Below are positions 1 to 14,199 of a stretch of DNA of 64,000 nt, in pieces (the stretch's first letter is position 1; the number at the start of each line of letters is the position of its first letter). The notes beneath the pieces were generated by a model that was not told the origin of the DNA, searched no databases, and saw nothing but the letters and a program-made list of their open reading frames with translations. Location: assembly GCA_965655095.1 (NCBI GenBank), contig OZ296648.1:161882001-161946000 (forward strand), written 5' to 3'. The DNA comes from Haplodiscus bocki. Taxonomy: Eukaryota. The translations under genes were made by a program, and so were the position numbers.

Positions 1-429
1 AACAGTATTTTTTTTCAATATTCTCCTGCTTTTTCAATTCTTCATAATTTCTCAAAGTGCTAAATGTTTCGAATTTGTTGGAGCGTGAGAGGGATTTCAC
101 CAGAAAATCTCAAGACCAGCAATTTTGGAACTTCTGAATCAAGTTGCAAAAGCGTTTGAACTTTCAAAGTCCAACTTGACTGTCACTTTTTTTGACATAC
201 ACTTCTTGCCCCTCGATTCTCGCGTTGCCGATAATGCCGAACGTTACAAGTTTTTACAGATTCCACTAAATTTGCCAAACACCAGCTTCACTCATCAGTA
301 CCAAAAAATCTCTTCCTTGAAAAACTTGTAGCTGCTTTCATGATTTTCATTAAAACTGACTGTGCCGAAAGTTGGGGAAAGGTATCGATTTCAAGTATTT
401 TAAAAGGGAAGTTCTGGTGAGCAGCTTCA

Positions 430-3400
430 ATAAAATCTATTGAGCAATCTCTCTCAATGGTTACTTTGTCGGAATTTTTCGAACAAATTGCAGGGTGTCA
501 AAAAATCGAAAAGTACAGAAATATTAGGAAACGACATTACCAATCTAATCAACAGAAAAAAAAATTTCAAAAAGTTTCAGGTGACAATTTCAAACTGCAT
601 TCCATTTTCTCAAAAGTTTGCTGTTTTCTTTCTCCCCATTGGGCCTCAAATCTGAAATATTCGGGACGGCCAGAAATTCAAATTTTTCTGAAAGTTACAT
701 AAAAGTTACAAAGAAAACCAGTAGTGAAACAAGTCACTAACGAGGATGTTTTCACAAGGGAACAGAATTTATGAATTTGTGGCTGTTGTTTTCGAATCTG
801 CTTAAGGTGTCATTGTATTATTCTTTTATATTTTGCAGTGCAGATTGTAGAGACCGACGATACTATTTGATTTCCATCAAATTCATGGGGTTTAAAATTA
901 CGGTACTGTGAAAGACTTGTGAAGGTCCTAAAAGATTTTGCCAGGGGTGATAGTGACGATACTTCTGAAAAAATGGTGGTTTGAATGGATTGTAGAATAG
1001 GTTACTAATGAGTTGATTTTTTCCTTGAAAAAAAACCGCACGTTGAAATTGTCAGATTGTTCCAATTTTCCATGTTTTTATCTTTTTGAAGTTTATCAAA
1101 TGAGATCCAAAGCACAGAAAATGTTAGAGACTTTAAAATTTCTCAGAAATGACAGAGATCTTAATCGTTACAATTGGAAAACCTTGAACCAATTTTAAAC
1201 ATGAAAAGTGGGAATTGCTTCAAATTTCATCAAACCTTTTCGGTTTGACCTTTTTCCCGACAAAGTCTCACTGTCCCGAAACGACCACCAAAGATACATC
1301 TTCTCGGAAGATTATCTACAAGTTCTAAAGGTTAGTTTGAAACTAGTTCGCTACGTGTAATATTACAAACTATCAGATTATTTTTTCTTTAATCTGCTGC
1401 TTTCTTATTTCTCCATAAAATCTGAAAGTGCCAAAAATTCCGGATTTGTTAAATCGTGATAAGGTTTTCACCAGAATTTCCCTTCGCGAACAGCAATAAA
1501 AAAAACTGTGAATCAAATTGCAGGTGGTTGAACATACAAAGTCTAACTAGACTCTTAGAAATTTTGACAAAAACCTTAAGCCCCTCGGTTCCCTTGATGC
1601 CTATAAAGGGGAAAAGTTACAAAATTGCAGTTTCCATTATCGGTGCACAAGATGAGCCTACATCATCAGTATCATAAAGTCTTTTCTTTGAAATCCTCCA
1701 GCTGTTTTCATGGTTTTCATTAAAGTTGACTGTGCCGAAAGTTGAGGAAAGGTGCCAAATTCAAGTATTTGTAAATCGAGGTTCTTGTGAGCAGCTACAC
1801 TAAAATCTAAGAATCGAGATCGTTACTTTTAAACGTTCCAGTTGTAGCAATCTCTGTCAATGGTTTACTTTGTCGGAACTTTTCGAACAACTTGCAGGGT
1901 GTCAAAAAATCGAAAAGTATACAAGTATTAGGAAACGACATTACCAATCTAATCAACAGAAAAAAAACTTTCAAAAAAGGCTCAGGTGACAATTTCAAAC
2001 TGCATTACATTTTCTCAAAACCTGGCTGTTTTCTTTCTCCCCATTAGGCCTCAAATCTGAAATATTCGGGACGGCCAGAAATCCAACTTTTTCTGAAAGT
2101 TATATAAAACTTACAAAGAAAACCAGTAGTGAAACAAGTCACTAACGAGGATGTTTTCACAAGGGAACAGAATTTATGAATTTGTGGCTGTTGTTTTCAA
2201 ATCTGCTTAAGGTGTCATTGTATTATTCTTTTATATTTTGCAGTGCAGATTGTAGAGACCGACGATACTATTTGATTTCCATCAAATTCATGGGGTTTAA
2301 AATTACTGTACTGTGAAAGACTTGTGAAGGTCCTAAAAGATTTTGCCAGGGGTTAGGGTGACGATACTTCTGAAAAAATGGTGGTTTGAATGGATTGTAG
2401 AATAGGTTACTAATGAGTTGATTTTTTCCTGGAAAAAAAACCGCACGTTGAAATTGTCAGATTGTTCCAATTTTCCATATTTTTATCTTTTTGAAGTTTA
2501 TCAAATGAGATCCAAAGCACAGAAAATGTTAGAGACTTTAAAATTTCTCAGAAATGACAGAGATCTTAATCGTTACAATTGGAAAACCTTGAACCAATTT
2601 TAAACATGAAAAGTGGGAATTGCTTCAAATTTCATCAAACCTTTTCGGTTTGACCTTTTTCCCGACAAAGTCTCACTGTCCCGAAACGACCACCAAAGAT
2701 ACATCTTCTCGGAAGATTATCTACAAGTTCTAAAGGTTAGTTTGAAACTAGTTCGCTACGTGTAATATTACAAACTATCAGATTATTTTTTCTTTAATCT
2801 GCTGCTTTCTTATTTCTCCATAAAATCTGAAAGTGCCAAAAATTCCGGATTTGTTAAATCGTGATAAGGTTTTCACCAGAATTTCCCTTCGCGAACAGCA
2901 ATAAAAAAAACTGTGAATCAAATTGCAGGTGGTTGAACATACAAAGTCTAACTAGACTCTTAGAAATTTTGACAAAAACCTTAAGCCCCTCGGTTCCCTT
3001 GATGCCTATAAAGGGGAAAAGTTACAAAATTGCAGTTTCCATTATCGGTGCACAAGATGAGCCTACATCATCAGTATCATAAAGTCTTTTCTTTGAAATC
3101 CTCCAGCTGTTTTCATGGTTTTCATTAAAGTTGACTGTGCCGAAAGTTGAGGAAAGGTGCCAAATTCAAGTATTTGTAAATCGAGGTTCTTGTGAGCAGC
3201 TACACTAAAATCTAAGAATCGAGATCGTTACTTTTAAACGTTCCAGTTGTAGCAATCTCTGTCAATGGTTTACTTTGTCGGAACTTTTCGAACAACTTGC
3301 AGGGTGTCAAAAAATCGAAAAGTATACAAGTATTAGGAAACGACATTACCAATCTAATCAACAGAAAAAAAAACTTTCAAAAAAGGCTCAGGTGACAATT

Positions 3401-6400
3401 TCAAACTGCATTACATTTTCTCAAAACCTGGCTGTTTTCTTTCTCCCCATTAGGCCTCAAATCTGAAATATTCGGGACGGCCAGAAATCCAACTTTTTCT
3501 GAAAGTTATATAAAACTTACAAAGAAAACCAGTAGTGAAACAAGTCACTAACGAGGATGTTTTCACAAGGGAACAGAATTTATGAATTTGTGGCTGTTGT
3601 TTTCAAATCTGCTTAAGGTGTCATTGTATTATTCTTTTATATTTTGCAGTGCAGATTGTAGAGACCGACGATACTATTTGATTTCCATCAAATTCATGGG
3701 GTTTAAAATTACTGTACTGTGAAAGACTTGTGAAGGTCCTAAAAGATTTTGCCAGGGGTTAGGGTGACGATACTTCTGAAAAAATGGTGGTTTGAATGGA
3801 TTGTAGAATAGGTTACTAATGAGTTGATTTTTTCCTGGAAAAAAAACCGCACGTTGAAATTGTCAGATTGTTCCAATTTTCCATATTTTTATCTTTTTGA
3901 AGTTTATCAAATGAGATCCAAAGCACAGAAAATGTTAGAGACTTTAAAATTTCTCAGAAATGACAGAGATCTTAATCGTTACAATTGGAAAACCTTGAAC
4001 CAATTTTAAACATGAAAAGTGGGAATTGCTTCAAATTTCATCAAACCTTTTCGGTTTGACCTTTTTCCCGACAAAGTCTCACTGTCCCGAAACGACCACC
4101 AAAGATACATCTTCTCGGAAGATTATCTACAAGTTCTAAAGGTTAGTTTGAAACTAGTTCGCTACGTGTAATATTACAAACTATCAGATTATTTTTTCTT
4201 TAATCTGCTGCTTTCTTATTTCTCCATAAAATCTGAAAGTGCCAAAAATTCCGGATTTGTTAAATCGTGATAAGGTTTTCACCAGAATTTCCCTTCGCGA
4301 ACAGCAATAAAAAAAACTGTGAATCAAATTGCAGGTGGTTGAACATACAAAGTCTAACTAGACTCTTAGAAATTTTGACAAAAACCTTAAGCCCCTCGGT
4401 TCCCTTGATGCCTATAAAGGGGAAAAGTTACAAAATTGCAGTTTCCATTATCGGTGCACAAGATGAGCCTACATCATCAGTATCATAAAGTCTTTTCTTT
4501 GAAATCCTCCAGCTGTTTTCATGGTTTTCATTAAAGTTGACTGTGCCGAAAGTTGAGGAAAGGTGCCAAATTCAAGTATTTGTAAATCGAGGTTCTTGTG
4601 AGCAGCTACACTAAAATCTAAGAATCGAGATCGTTACTTTTAAACGTTCCAGTTGTAGCAATCTCTGTCAATGGTTTACTTTGTCGGAACTTTTCGAACA
4701 ACTTGCAGGGTGTCAAAAAATCGAAAAGTATACAAGTATTAGGAAACGACATTACCAATCTAATCAACAGAAAAAAAACTTTCAAAAAAGGCTCAGGTGA
4801 CAATTTCAAACTGCATTACATTTTCTCAAAACCTGGCTGTTTTCTTTCTCCCCATTAGGCCTCAAATCTGAAATATTCGGGACGGCCAGAAATCCAACTT
4901 TTTCTGAAAGTTATATAAAACTTACAAAGAAAACCAGTAGTGAAACAAGTCACTAACGAGGATGTTTTCACAAGGGAACAGAATTTATGAATTTGTGGCT
5001 GTTGTTTTCAAATCTGCTTAAGGTGTCATTGTATTATTCTTTTATATTTTGCAGTGCAGATTGTAGAGACCGACGATACTATTTGATTTCCATCAAATTC
5101 ATGGGGTTTAAAATTACTGTACTGTGAAAGACTTGTGAAGGTCCTCAAAAAGATTTTGCCAGGGGTTAGGGTGACGATACTTCTGAAAAAATGGTGGTTT
5201 GAATGGATTGTAGAATAGGTTACTAATGAGTTGATTTTTTCCTGGAAAAAAAACCGCACGTTGAAATTGTCAGATTGTTCCAATTTTCCATATTTTTATC
5301 TTTTTGAAGTTTATCAAATGAGATCCAAAGCACAGAAAATGTTAGAGACTTTAAAATTTCTCAGAAATGACAGAGATCTTAATCGTTACAATTGGAAAAC
5401 CTTGAACCAATTTTAAACATGAAAAGTGGGAATTGCTTCAAATTTCTTCAACCCTTTTCGGTTTGACCTTTTTCCCGACAAAGTCTCACTGTCCCGAAAC
5501 GACCACCAAAAATACATCTTCTCGGAAGGTTTTCTACAAGTTCTAAAGGTTAGTTTGAAACTAGTTCGCTATGTGGAAACTTACAAACTATCAGATTATT
5601 TTTTCTTTAATCTGCTGCTTTCTTGTTTCTCCATAAAATCTGAAAGTGCCAAAATTTCCGGATTTGTTAAATCGTGATAAGGTTTTCACCAGAATTTCCC
5701 TTCGCGAACAGCAATAAAAAAAACTGTGAATCAAATTGCAGGTGGTTGAACATACAAAGTCTAACTAGACTCTTAGAAATTTTGACAAAAACCTTAAGCC
5801 CCTCGGTTCCCTTGATGCCTATAAAGGGGAAAAGTTACAAAATTGCAGTTTCCATTATCGGTGCACAAGATGAGCCTACATCATCAGTATCATAAAGTCT
5901 TTTCTTTGAAATCCTCCAGCTGTTTGCATGGTTTTCATTAAAGTTGACTGTGCCGAAAGTTGAGGAAAGGTGCCAAATTCAAGTATTTGTAAATCGAGGT
6001 TCTTGTGAGCAGCTACACTAAAATCTAAGAATCGAGATCGTTACTTTTAAACGTTCCAGTTGTAGTAATCTCTGTCAATAGTTTACTTTGTCGGAACTTT
6101 TCGAACAATTTGCAGGGTGTCAAAAAATCGAAAAGTATAGAAATATTAGGAAACGACATTACCAATCTAATCAACAGAAAAAAAACTTTCAAAAAAGGTT
6201 CAGGTGACAATTTCAAACTGCATTACATTTTCTCAAAAGTTTGCTGTTTTCTTTCTCCCCATTGGGCCTCAAATCTGAAATATTCGGGACGGCCAGAAAT
6301 TCAACTTTTTCTGAAAGTTATATAAAAGTTACAAAGAAAACCAGTAGTGAAACAAGTCACTAACGAGGATGTTTTCACAAGGGAACAGAATTTATGAGTT

Positions 6401-7900
6401 TGTGGCTGTTGTTTTCAAATCTGCTTAAGGTGTCATTGTATTATTCTTTTATATTTTGCAGTGCAGATTGTAGAGATCGACGATACTATTTGATTTCCAT
6501 CAAATTCATGGGGTTTAAAATTACTGTACTGTGAAAGACTTGTGAAGGTCCTAAAAGATTTTGCCAGGGGTTATAGTGACGATACTTCTGAAAAAATGGT
6601 GGTTTGAATGGATTGTAGAATAGGTTACTAATGAGTTGATTTTTTCCCTGAAAAAAACCACACGTTGAAATTGTCAGATTGTTCCAATTTTCCATGTTTT
6701 TATCTTTTTGAAGTTTATCAAATGAGATCCAAAGCACAGAAAATGTTAGAGACTCTAAAATTTCTCAGAAATGACAGAGATCTTAATCGTTACAATTGGA
6801 AAACCTTGAACCAATTTTGAACATGAAAAGTGGGAATTGCTTCAAATTTCTTCAATCCTTTTCGGTTTGACCTTTTTCCCGACAAAGTCTCACTGTCCCG
6901 AAACGACCACCAAAGATACATCTTCTCGGAAGAATTTCTACAAGCTCTAAAGGTTAGTTTGAAACTAGTTCGCTACGTGGAAACTTACAAAATATCAGAT
7001 TATTTTTTCTTTAATCTGCTGCTTTTTTATTTCTCCATAAAATCTGAAAGTGCCAAAAATTCCGGATTTGTTAAATCGTGATAGGGTTTTCACCAGAATT
7101 TCTCTTCGCGAACAGCAACAAAAAAAACTGTGAATCAACTTGCAGGCGGTTGAACATACAAAGTCTAACTAGACTCTTAGAAATTTTGACAAAAACCTTG
7201 TGCCCGTCGGTTCCCTTGATGCCAATAATGGTCAAAAGTTACAAAATTGCACAGTCTCCATTATCGGTGACTAGGAAGAGCTTAGATCATCAGTATCATA
7301 AAGTGTTTTCTTTGAAATCCTCCAGCTGTTTTCATGGTTTTCATTAGAATTGACTGTGCCGAAGGTTGAGGAAAGGTGCCAAATTCAAGCATTTGTAAAT
7401 CGAGGTTCTTGTGAGCAGCTACACTAAAATCTAGGAATCGAGATCGTTACTTTTAAACATTCCAGTTGTAGCAATCTCTCTCAATGGTTACTTTGTCGGA
7501 ACTTTTCGAACAACTTGCAGGGTGTCAAAAAATCGAAAAGTATAGAAATATTAGGAAACGACATTACCAATCTAATCAACCGAAAAAAAACTTTCGAAAA
7601 AGGTTCAGGTGACAATTTCAAACTGCATTTCTTTTTCTCAAAAGTTTGCTGTTTTCTTTCTCCCCATTAGGCCTCAAATCTGAAATATTCGGGACGGCCA
7701 GACATCCAACTTTTTCTGAAAGTTATATAAAACTTACAAAGAAAAACAGTAGTGAAACAAGTCACTGAGGAGGATGTTTTCACAGAGGAACAGAATTTGT
7801 GAATTTGTGGCTTTTGTTTTCAAATCTGCCTAAGGTGTCATTGTATTATTCTTTTATATTTTGCAGTGCAGATTGTAGAGACCGGCGATACTATTTGATT
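430..7900. repeat. Subfamily A1 block, period 1405-1407 bp (~5 units), sharing a ~130 bp internal deletion
   Basis: Anchor spacings are 1405, 1406, 1407, 1406. Units read GGGGTTTAAAATTACTGTACTGTGAAAGAC where other subfamilies have an extra ~130 bp segment. Block boundaries are approximate. Confidence 0.92.
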
Positions 7901-10900
7901 TCCATCAAATTCGTGGGGTTTAATTTTGAAATTGGTTGCAACCTTTTGACGTTTTTTGGCAAAAAAGTTTTTGTCCATGGAATTTCACAGTGCCAAAACT
8001 GCCGGAATTTTTACCACAAAGAACATTTTACTCCAATAATCTGTCGTACAAACATACTCTTCGTTGGAGAACCTGTGAATGTAGTCATTGGTATTTTCAA
8101 GGCTCACAATGACGACAGTTCCCAAAAAAATAGTGATTTCATTGAATTGCAATTTTGGTTACCTGTGAAATAGTTTTTTATTTCTTTGTTTTCAGAACCG
8201 CACATTCGAATTGTCATACTGTTCCAATTTCTAGTGTTTGTAACTTGTTGAAGCCTTTCAAATCAGAACCAAAGCCCGGAAAGTGTGAGGGACTTTAGAG
8301 CTTCTCAGAATTGATAAAGATGCTAATCGTTAAAATTAAAAAACCTTGAACCAATTTTGAACATGAAAAGTGGGAATTGCTTCAAATTTCTTCAATCTTT
8401 TTCGTTTTCGGTTTTACCTTTTTCCCGACAAAGTTTCACTGTCCCAAAATGACCGCAGAAGATACATCTTCCCAGAAGAATTTCTAGAATTTCTAAAGGT
8501 TAGTTTGAAGCTAGTTCGCTACGTTGAAACTTACACACTATCAGATTATTTTTTCTTTAATCTGCTGCTTTCTTATTTCTCCATAAAATCTGAAAGTACC
8601 AAAAATTCCGGATTTGTTAAATCGTGATAGGGTTTTCACCAGAATTTCCCTTCGCGAACAGCAATAAAAAAAACTGTGAATCAACTTGCAGGCGGTTGAA
8701 CATACAATGTCTAACTAGACTCTTACAAATTTTGACAAAAACTTTTTGCCCCTCGGTTCCCTTGATGCCTACAATGGGGAAAAGTTACAAATTTGCAGTT
8801 TCCATTATCGGTGCACAAGATGAGCCTAAATCATCAGTATCATAAAATCTTTTCTTTGAAATCCTCCAGCTGTTTGCATGGTTTTCATTAAAGTTGACTG
8901 TGCCGAAAATTGAGGAAAGGTGCCAAATTCAAGCATTTGTAAATCGAGGTTCTTGTGAGCAGCTACACTAAAATCTAGGAATCGAGATCGTTACTTTAAA
9001 ACGTTCCAGTTGTAGCAATCTCTCTCAATGGTTACTTTGTCGGAACTTTTCGAACAACTTGCAGGGTGTCAAAAAATCGAAAAGTATAGAAATATTAGGA
9101 AACGACATTACCAATCTAATCAACCGAAAAAAAACTTTCAAAAAAGTTCAGGTGACAATTTCAAACTGCATTTCATTTTCTCAAAAGTTTGCTGTTTTCT
9201 TTCTCCCCATTAGGCCTCAAATCTGAAATATTCGGGACGGCCAGACATCCAACTTTTTCTGAAAGTTATATAAAACTTACAAAGAAAAACAGTAGTGAAA
9301 CAAGTCACTGAGGAGGATGTTTTCACAGAGGAACAGAATTTGTGAATTTGTGGCTTTTGTTTTCAAATCTGCCTAAGGTGTCATTGTATTATTCTTTTAT
9401 ATTTTGCAGTGCAGATTGTAGAGACCGGCGATACTATTTGATTTCCATCAAATTCGTGGGGTTTAATTTTGAAATTGGTTGCAACCTTTTGACGTTTTTT
9501 GGCAAAAAAGTTTTTGTCCATGGAATTTCACAGTGCCAAAACTGCCGGAATTTTTACCACAAAGAACATTTTACTCCAATAATCTGTCGTACAAACATAC
9601 TCTTCGTTGGAGAACCTGTGAATGTAGTCATTGGTATTTTCAAGGCTCACAATGACGACAGTTCCCAAAAAAATAGTGATTTCATTGAATTGCAATTTTG
9701 GTTACCTGTGAAATAGTTTTTTATTTCTTTGTTTTCAGAACCGCACATTCGAATTGTCATACTGTTCCAATTTCTAGTGTTTGTAACTTGTTGAAGCCTT
9801 TCAAATCAGAACCAAAGCCCGGAAAGTGTGAGGGACTTTAGAGCTTCTCAGAATTGATAAAGATGCTAATCGTTAAAATTAAAAAACCTTGAACCAATTT
9901 TGAACATGAAAAGTGGGAATTGCTTCAAATTTCTTCAATCTTTTTCGTTTTCGGTTTTACCTTTTTCCCGACAAAGTTTCACTGTCCCAAAATGACCGCA
10001 GAAGATACATCTTCCCAGAAGAATTTCTAGAATTTCTAAAGGTTAGTTTGAAGCTAGTTCGCTACGTTGAAACTTACACACTATCAGATTACTTTTTCTT
10101 TAATCTGCTGCTTTCTTATTTCTCCATAAAATCTGAAAGTACCAAAAATTCCGGATTTGTTAAATCGTGATAGGGTTTTCACCAGAATTTCCCTTCGCGA
10201 ACAGCAAAAAAAAAACTGTGAATCAACTTGCAGGCGGTTGAACATACAATGTCTAACTAGACTCTTACAAATTTTGACAAAAACTTTTTGCCCCTCGGTT
10301 CCCTTGATGCCTACAATGGGGAAAAGTTACAAATTTGCAGTTTCCATTATCGGTGCACAAGATGAGCCTAAATCATCAGTATCATAAAATCTTTTCTTTG
10401 AAATCCTCCAGCTGTTTGCATGGTTTTCATTAAAGTTGACTGTGCCGAAAATTGAGGAAAGGTGCCAAATTCAAGCATTTGTAAATCGAGGTTCTTGTGA
10501 GCAGCTACACTAAAATCTAGGAATCGAGATCGTTACTTTAAAACGTTCCAGTTGTAGCAATCTCTCTCAATGGTTACTTTGTCGGAACTTTTCGAACAAC
10601 TTGCAGGGTGTCAAAAAATCGAAAAGTATAGAAATATTAGGAAACGACATTACCAATCTAATCAACCGAAAAAAAACTTTCAAAAAAAGTTCAGGTGACA
10701 ATTTCAAACTGCATTTCATTTTCTCAAAAGTTTGCTGTTTTCTTTCTCCCCATTAGGCCTCAAATCTGAAATATTCGGGACGGCCAGAAGACCAACTTTT
10801 TCTGAAAGTTATATAAAACTTACAAAGAAAAACAGTAGTGAAACAAGTCACTGAGGAGGATGTTTTCACAAAGGAACAGAATTTGTGAATTTGTGGCTGT

Positions 10901-12950
10901 TGTTTTCAAATCTGCCTAAGGTGTCATTGTATTTTTCTTTTATATTTTGCAGTGCAGATTGTAGAGACCGGCGATACTATTTGATTTCCATCAAATTTGT
11001 GGGGTTTAATTTTGAAATTGGTTGCAACCTTTTGACGTTTTTTGGCAAAAAGTTTTTGTCCATGGAATTTCACAGTGCCAAAACTGCCGGAATTTTTACC
11101 ACAAAGAACATTTTACTCCAATATTCTATCGTACAAACATACTGTTCGTTGGAAGACTCGTGAATGTAGTCATTGGTTCTTTCAAGGCTCACAATGACGA
11201 AAGTTCCTTAGAAATGATGATTTCATTGAATTACAATTTTGGTTACCTGTGAAAAAGTTTTTTATTTCTTTGTTTTCAGAACCGCATATTCGAATTGTCA
11301 AACTGTTCCAATTTCTAGTGTTTGTAACTTGTTGAAGCCTTTCAAATCAGAACCAAAGCCCGGAAAGTGTGAGGGACTTTAGAGCTTCTCAGAATTGATA
11401 AAGATGCTAATCGTTAAAATTAAAAAACCTTGAACCAATTTTGAACATGAAAAGTGGGAATTGCTTCAAATTTCTTCAATCTTTTTCGTTTTCGGTTTTA
11501 CCTTTTTCCCGACAAAGTTTCACTGTCCCAAAACGACCGCAGAAGATACATCTTCCCAGAAGAATTTCTAGAAGTTCTAAAGGTTAGTTTGAAGCTAGTT
11601 CGTTACGTTGAAACTTAAAAAAAAACAGATTTCTTCTTCATTAATCTGCTGCTTTTTTATTCCTCCATAAAATCTCAAAGCGCCGAAAAATCCGAAGATG
11701 TTAAAGCTTGATAAGGTTTTCACCAGAATTTTTCTTCAAGACCAGCAATAACAAAAACTGTGAATCACCTTCCAGGCGGTTGAACATACAATGTCTAACT
11801 AGACTATTACAAATTTTGACAAAAACTTTTTGCCCCTCGGTTCCCTTGATGCCTATAATGGGGATAAGTTACAAAATTGCAGTTTCCATTATCGGTGCAC
11901 AAGATGAGCCTAAATCATCAGTATCATAAAGTCTTTTCTTTGAAATCCTCCAGCTGTTTGCGTGGTTTTCATTAAAATTGACTGTGCCGAAAGTTGAGGA
12001 AAGGTGCCAAATTCAAGTATTTGTAAATCGAGGTTCTTGTGAGCAGCTACACTAAAATATAGGAATCGAGATCGTTACCTTTAAACGTTCCAGTTGTAGC
12101 AATCTTTCTCAATGGTTACTTTGTCGGAACTTTTCGAACAACTTGCAGGGTGTCAAAAAATCGAAAAGTATAGAAATATTAGGAAACGACATTACCAATC
12201 TAATCAACAAAAAAAAACTTTCAAAAAAGGTTCAGGTGACAATTTCAAACTGCATTACATTTTCTCAAAACCTGGCTGTTTTCTTTCTCCTCATTAGGCC
12301 TCAAATCTGAAATATTCGGGACGGCCAGAAATCCAACTATTTCTGAAAGTTATATAAAACTTACAAAGAAAAACGCTAGTGAAACAAGTCACTGAGGACG
12401 ATGTTTTCACAAAGGAACAGAATTTATGAATTTGTGGCTGTTGTTTCCAAATCTGCCTAAGGTGTTATTGTATTATTCTTTTATATTTTGCAGTGCAGAT
12501 TGTAGAGACCGGCGATACTATTTGATTTCCATCAAATTCGTGGGGTTTAATTTTGAAATTGGTAGCAACCTTTTGATGTTTTTTGGCAAAAAGTTTTTGT
12601 CCATGGAATTTCACAGTGCCAAAATTGCCGGAATTTTTACCACAAAGAACATTTTACTCCAATATTCTGTCGTACGTACAAACATACTGTTCGTTGGAAG
12701 ACTCGTGAATGTAGTCATTGGTTCTTTCAAGGCTCACAATGACGAAAGTTCCTTAGAAATGATGATTTCACTGAATTGTAATATTGGTTACCTTTGAAAT
12801 GTTTTTTAATTTCTTTGTTTTAAGAACCGCACGTTCAAATTGTCAGAACGTTCCAATTTCTAGTGTTTGTAACTTGTTGAAGCTTTTCAACTCAGAACCA
12901 GAGCCCGGAAAGTCCCCGACACTTTCAAGCTTCTCAGAATTGATAAAGAT
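7900..12950. repeat. Subfamily A2 block, period 1542-1544 bp (~3.3 units)
   Basis: Anchor spacings are 1544, 1542, 1542; identical ORFs 7799 and 9342 are offset by 1543 bp. Confidence 0.9.
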
Positions 12951-14199
12951 GCTAATCGTTAGAAACAAAAAACTTTGAACCAAAGTTCAACATGAAAAAT
13001 GGGAATTGATTCAAACTTCCCCAATATTTTTCGGCTTTAATTTTTTTCCCATTAAGTCTGGCGGTCCCAAAAAACCCGCAAAAAATACGTCCCATCAGTT
13101 TTTTTTACAATTTCAAGAGTTTAGCAGCTTTAAACACTTTGAAATTAGTTCAGCAACTTGGAACTTAGAAACCGAAACAGTTTTCCTGTTTTTGCTGTTT
13201 TTCCAATTATTCAATAAATCTTGAAGTGCAGATAATTCCAAAAATGTTAGAGCGTTGCAAGCGCTTCAACAAAGTTTCTCAAGACCAGCCATAATAAAAC
13301 AATTGAATCAACTTCCAAGCGTTTGAACATTCAAAGGCTAACTTCACTTGCTAAGTTTTCCCTCAACACTTTCTGCGCATCCAGTCTCGTGACGCCAACA
13401 GTGGCGAACATTTACAAATTAGCAGAGATTCCACCGAATGAGACAAGCATCAGCTTTACTTTCTTTCTTTTCGAAAACTTTCTTCGTTGAAAAACTTGTA
13501 GCTGGTTCTGATGGTTTTCACCATGTCTGACTGCGCCGAAAGTTGGTGGAAGGCATTCACTTCACAGAAATTTGAATCGAGGTTCTGATGAGCAGCTACA
13601 GAAAAATCTAGGAATTGATATCATGACGTTTAAAAGTATAGGTTATGGCAGTCTTTCTCAGTGGTTACTTTGTCCGAACTATTCAGACGATTTGCAGGCT
13701 GTAGATAAAGTCGGGAACTTTGGAGTTGTTAAGGTGGGACATTAAAATTCCAATCAACAGAAAAAAATAAGTCGTTCATAAAATGTTCAGGTGGCAATTT
13801 CAAACTGCCCTTAGACTTTCTCAACAGGTTGTTGTGTGCTTTCTGGAAATTAAATACAATTTACAAATATAACCAGTATTAAACTCTATGAAACAAGTTC
13901 GTAACAAGGGTACTTTCGAATTGAATCAGAACTTCTGAACGTGTGGCTGTTTTTTTAAATCTGCCTCAGATCTGATTGTTTCATTCTGTCAGATTTTTTA
14001 GTGGAGGTTCCAGAGACTGGTAATTGAATTCATTCGAATCAAATTCATTGGGTTTTACTATTCAATCGATCACAATCTTTTTAATTTTTTTGGCAAACGT
14101 ATTTTGTCCATGGAACCTCAGAATACCGAAACTGCGGGAAATCTTAGAGTTTCTTACATACTTTACCAGAAAGGACTTTCACGCCAAACTTCAGTCGCT

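Noticed and set aside
11145-11160. CENP-B box similarity (TTCGTTGGAA)
   Set aside because: Lacks the essential CGGG half and occurs in only a couple of A2 units.
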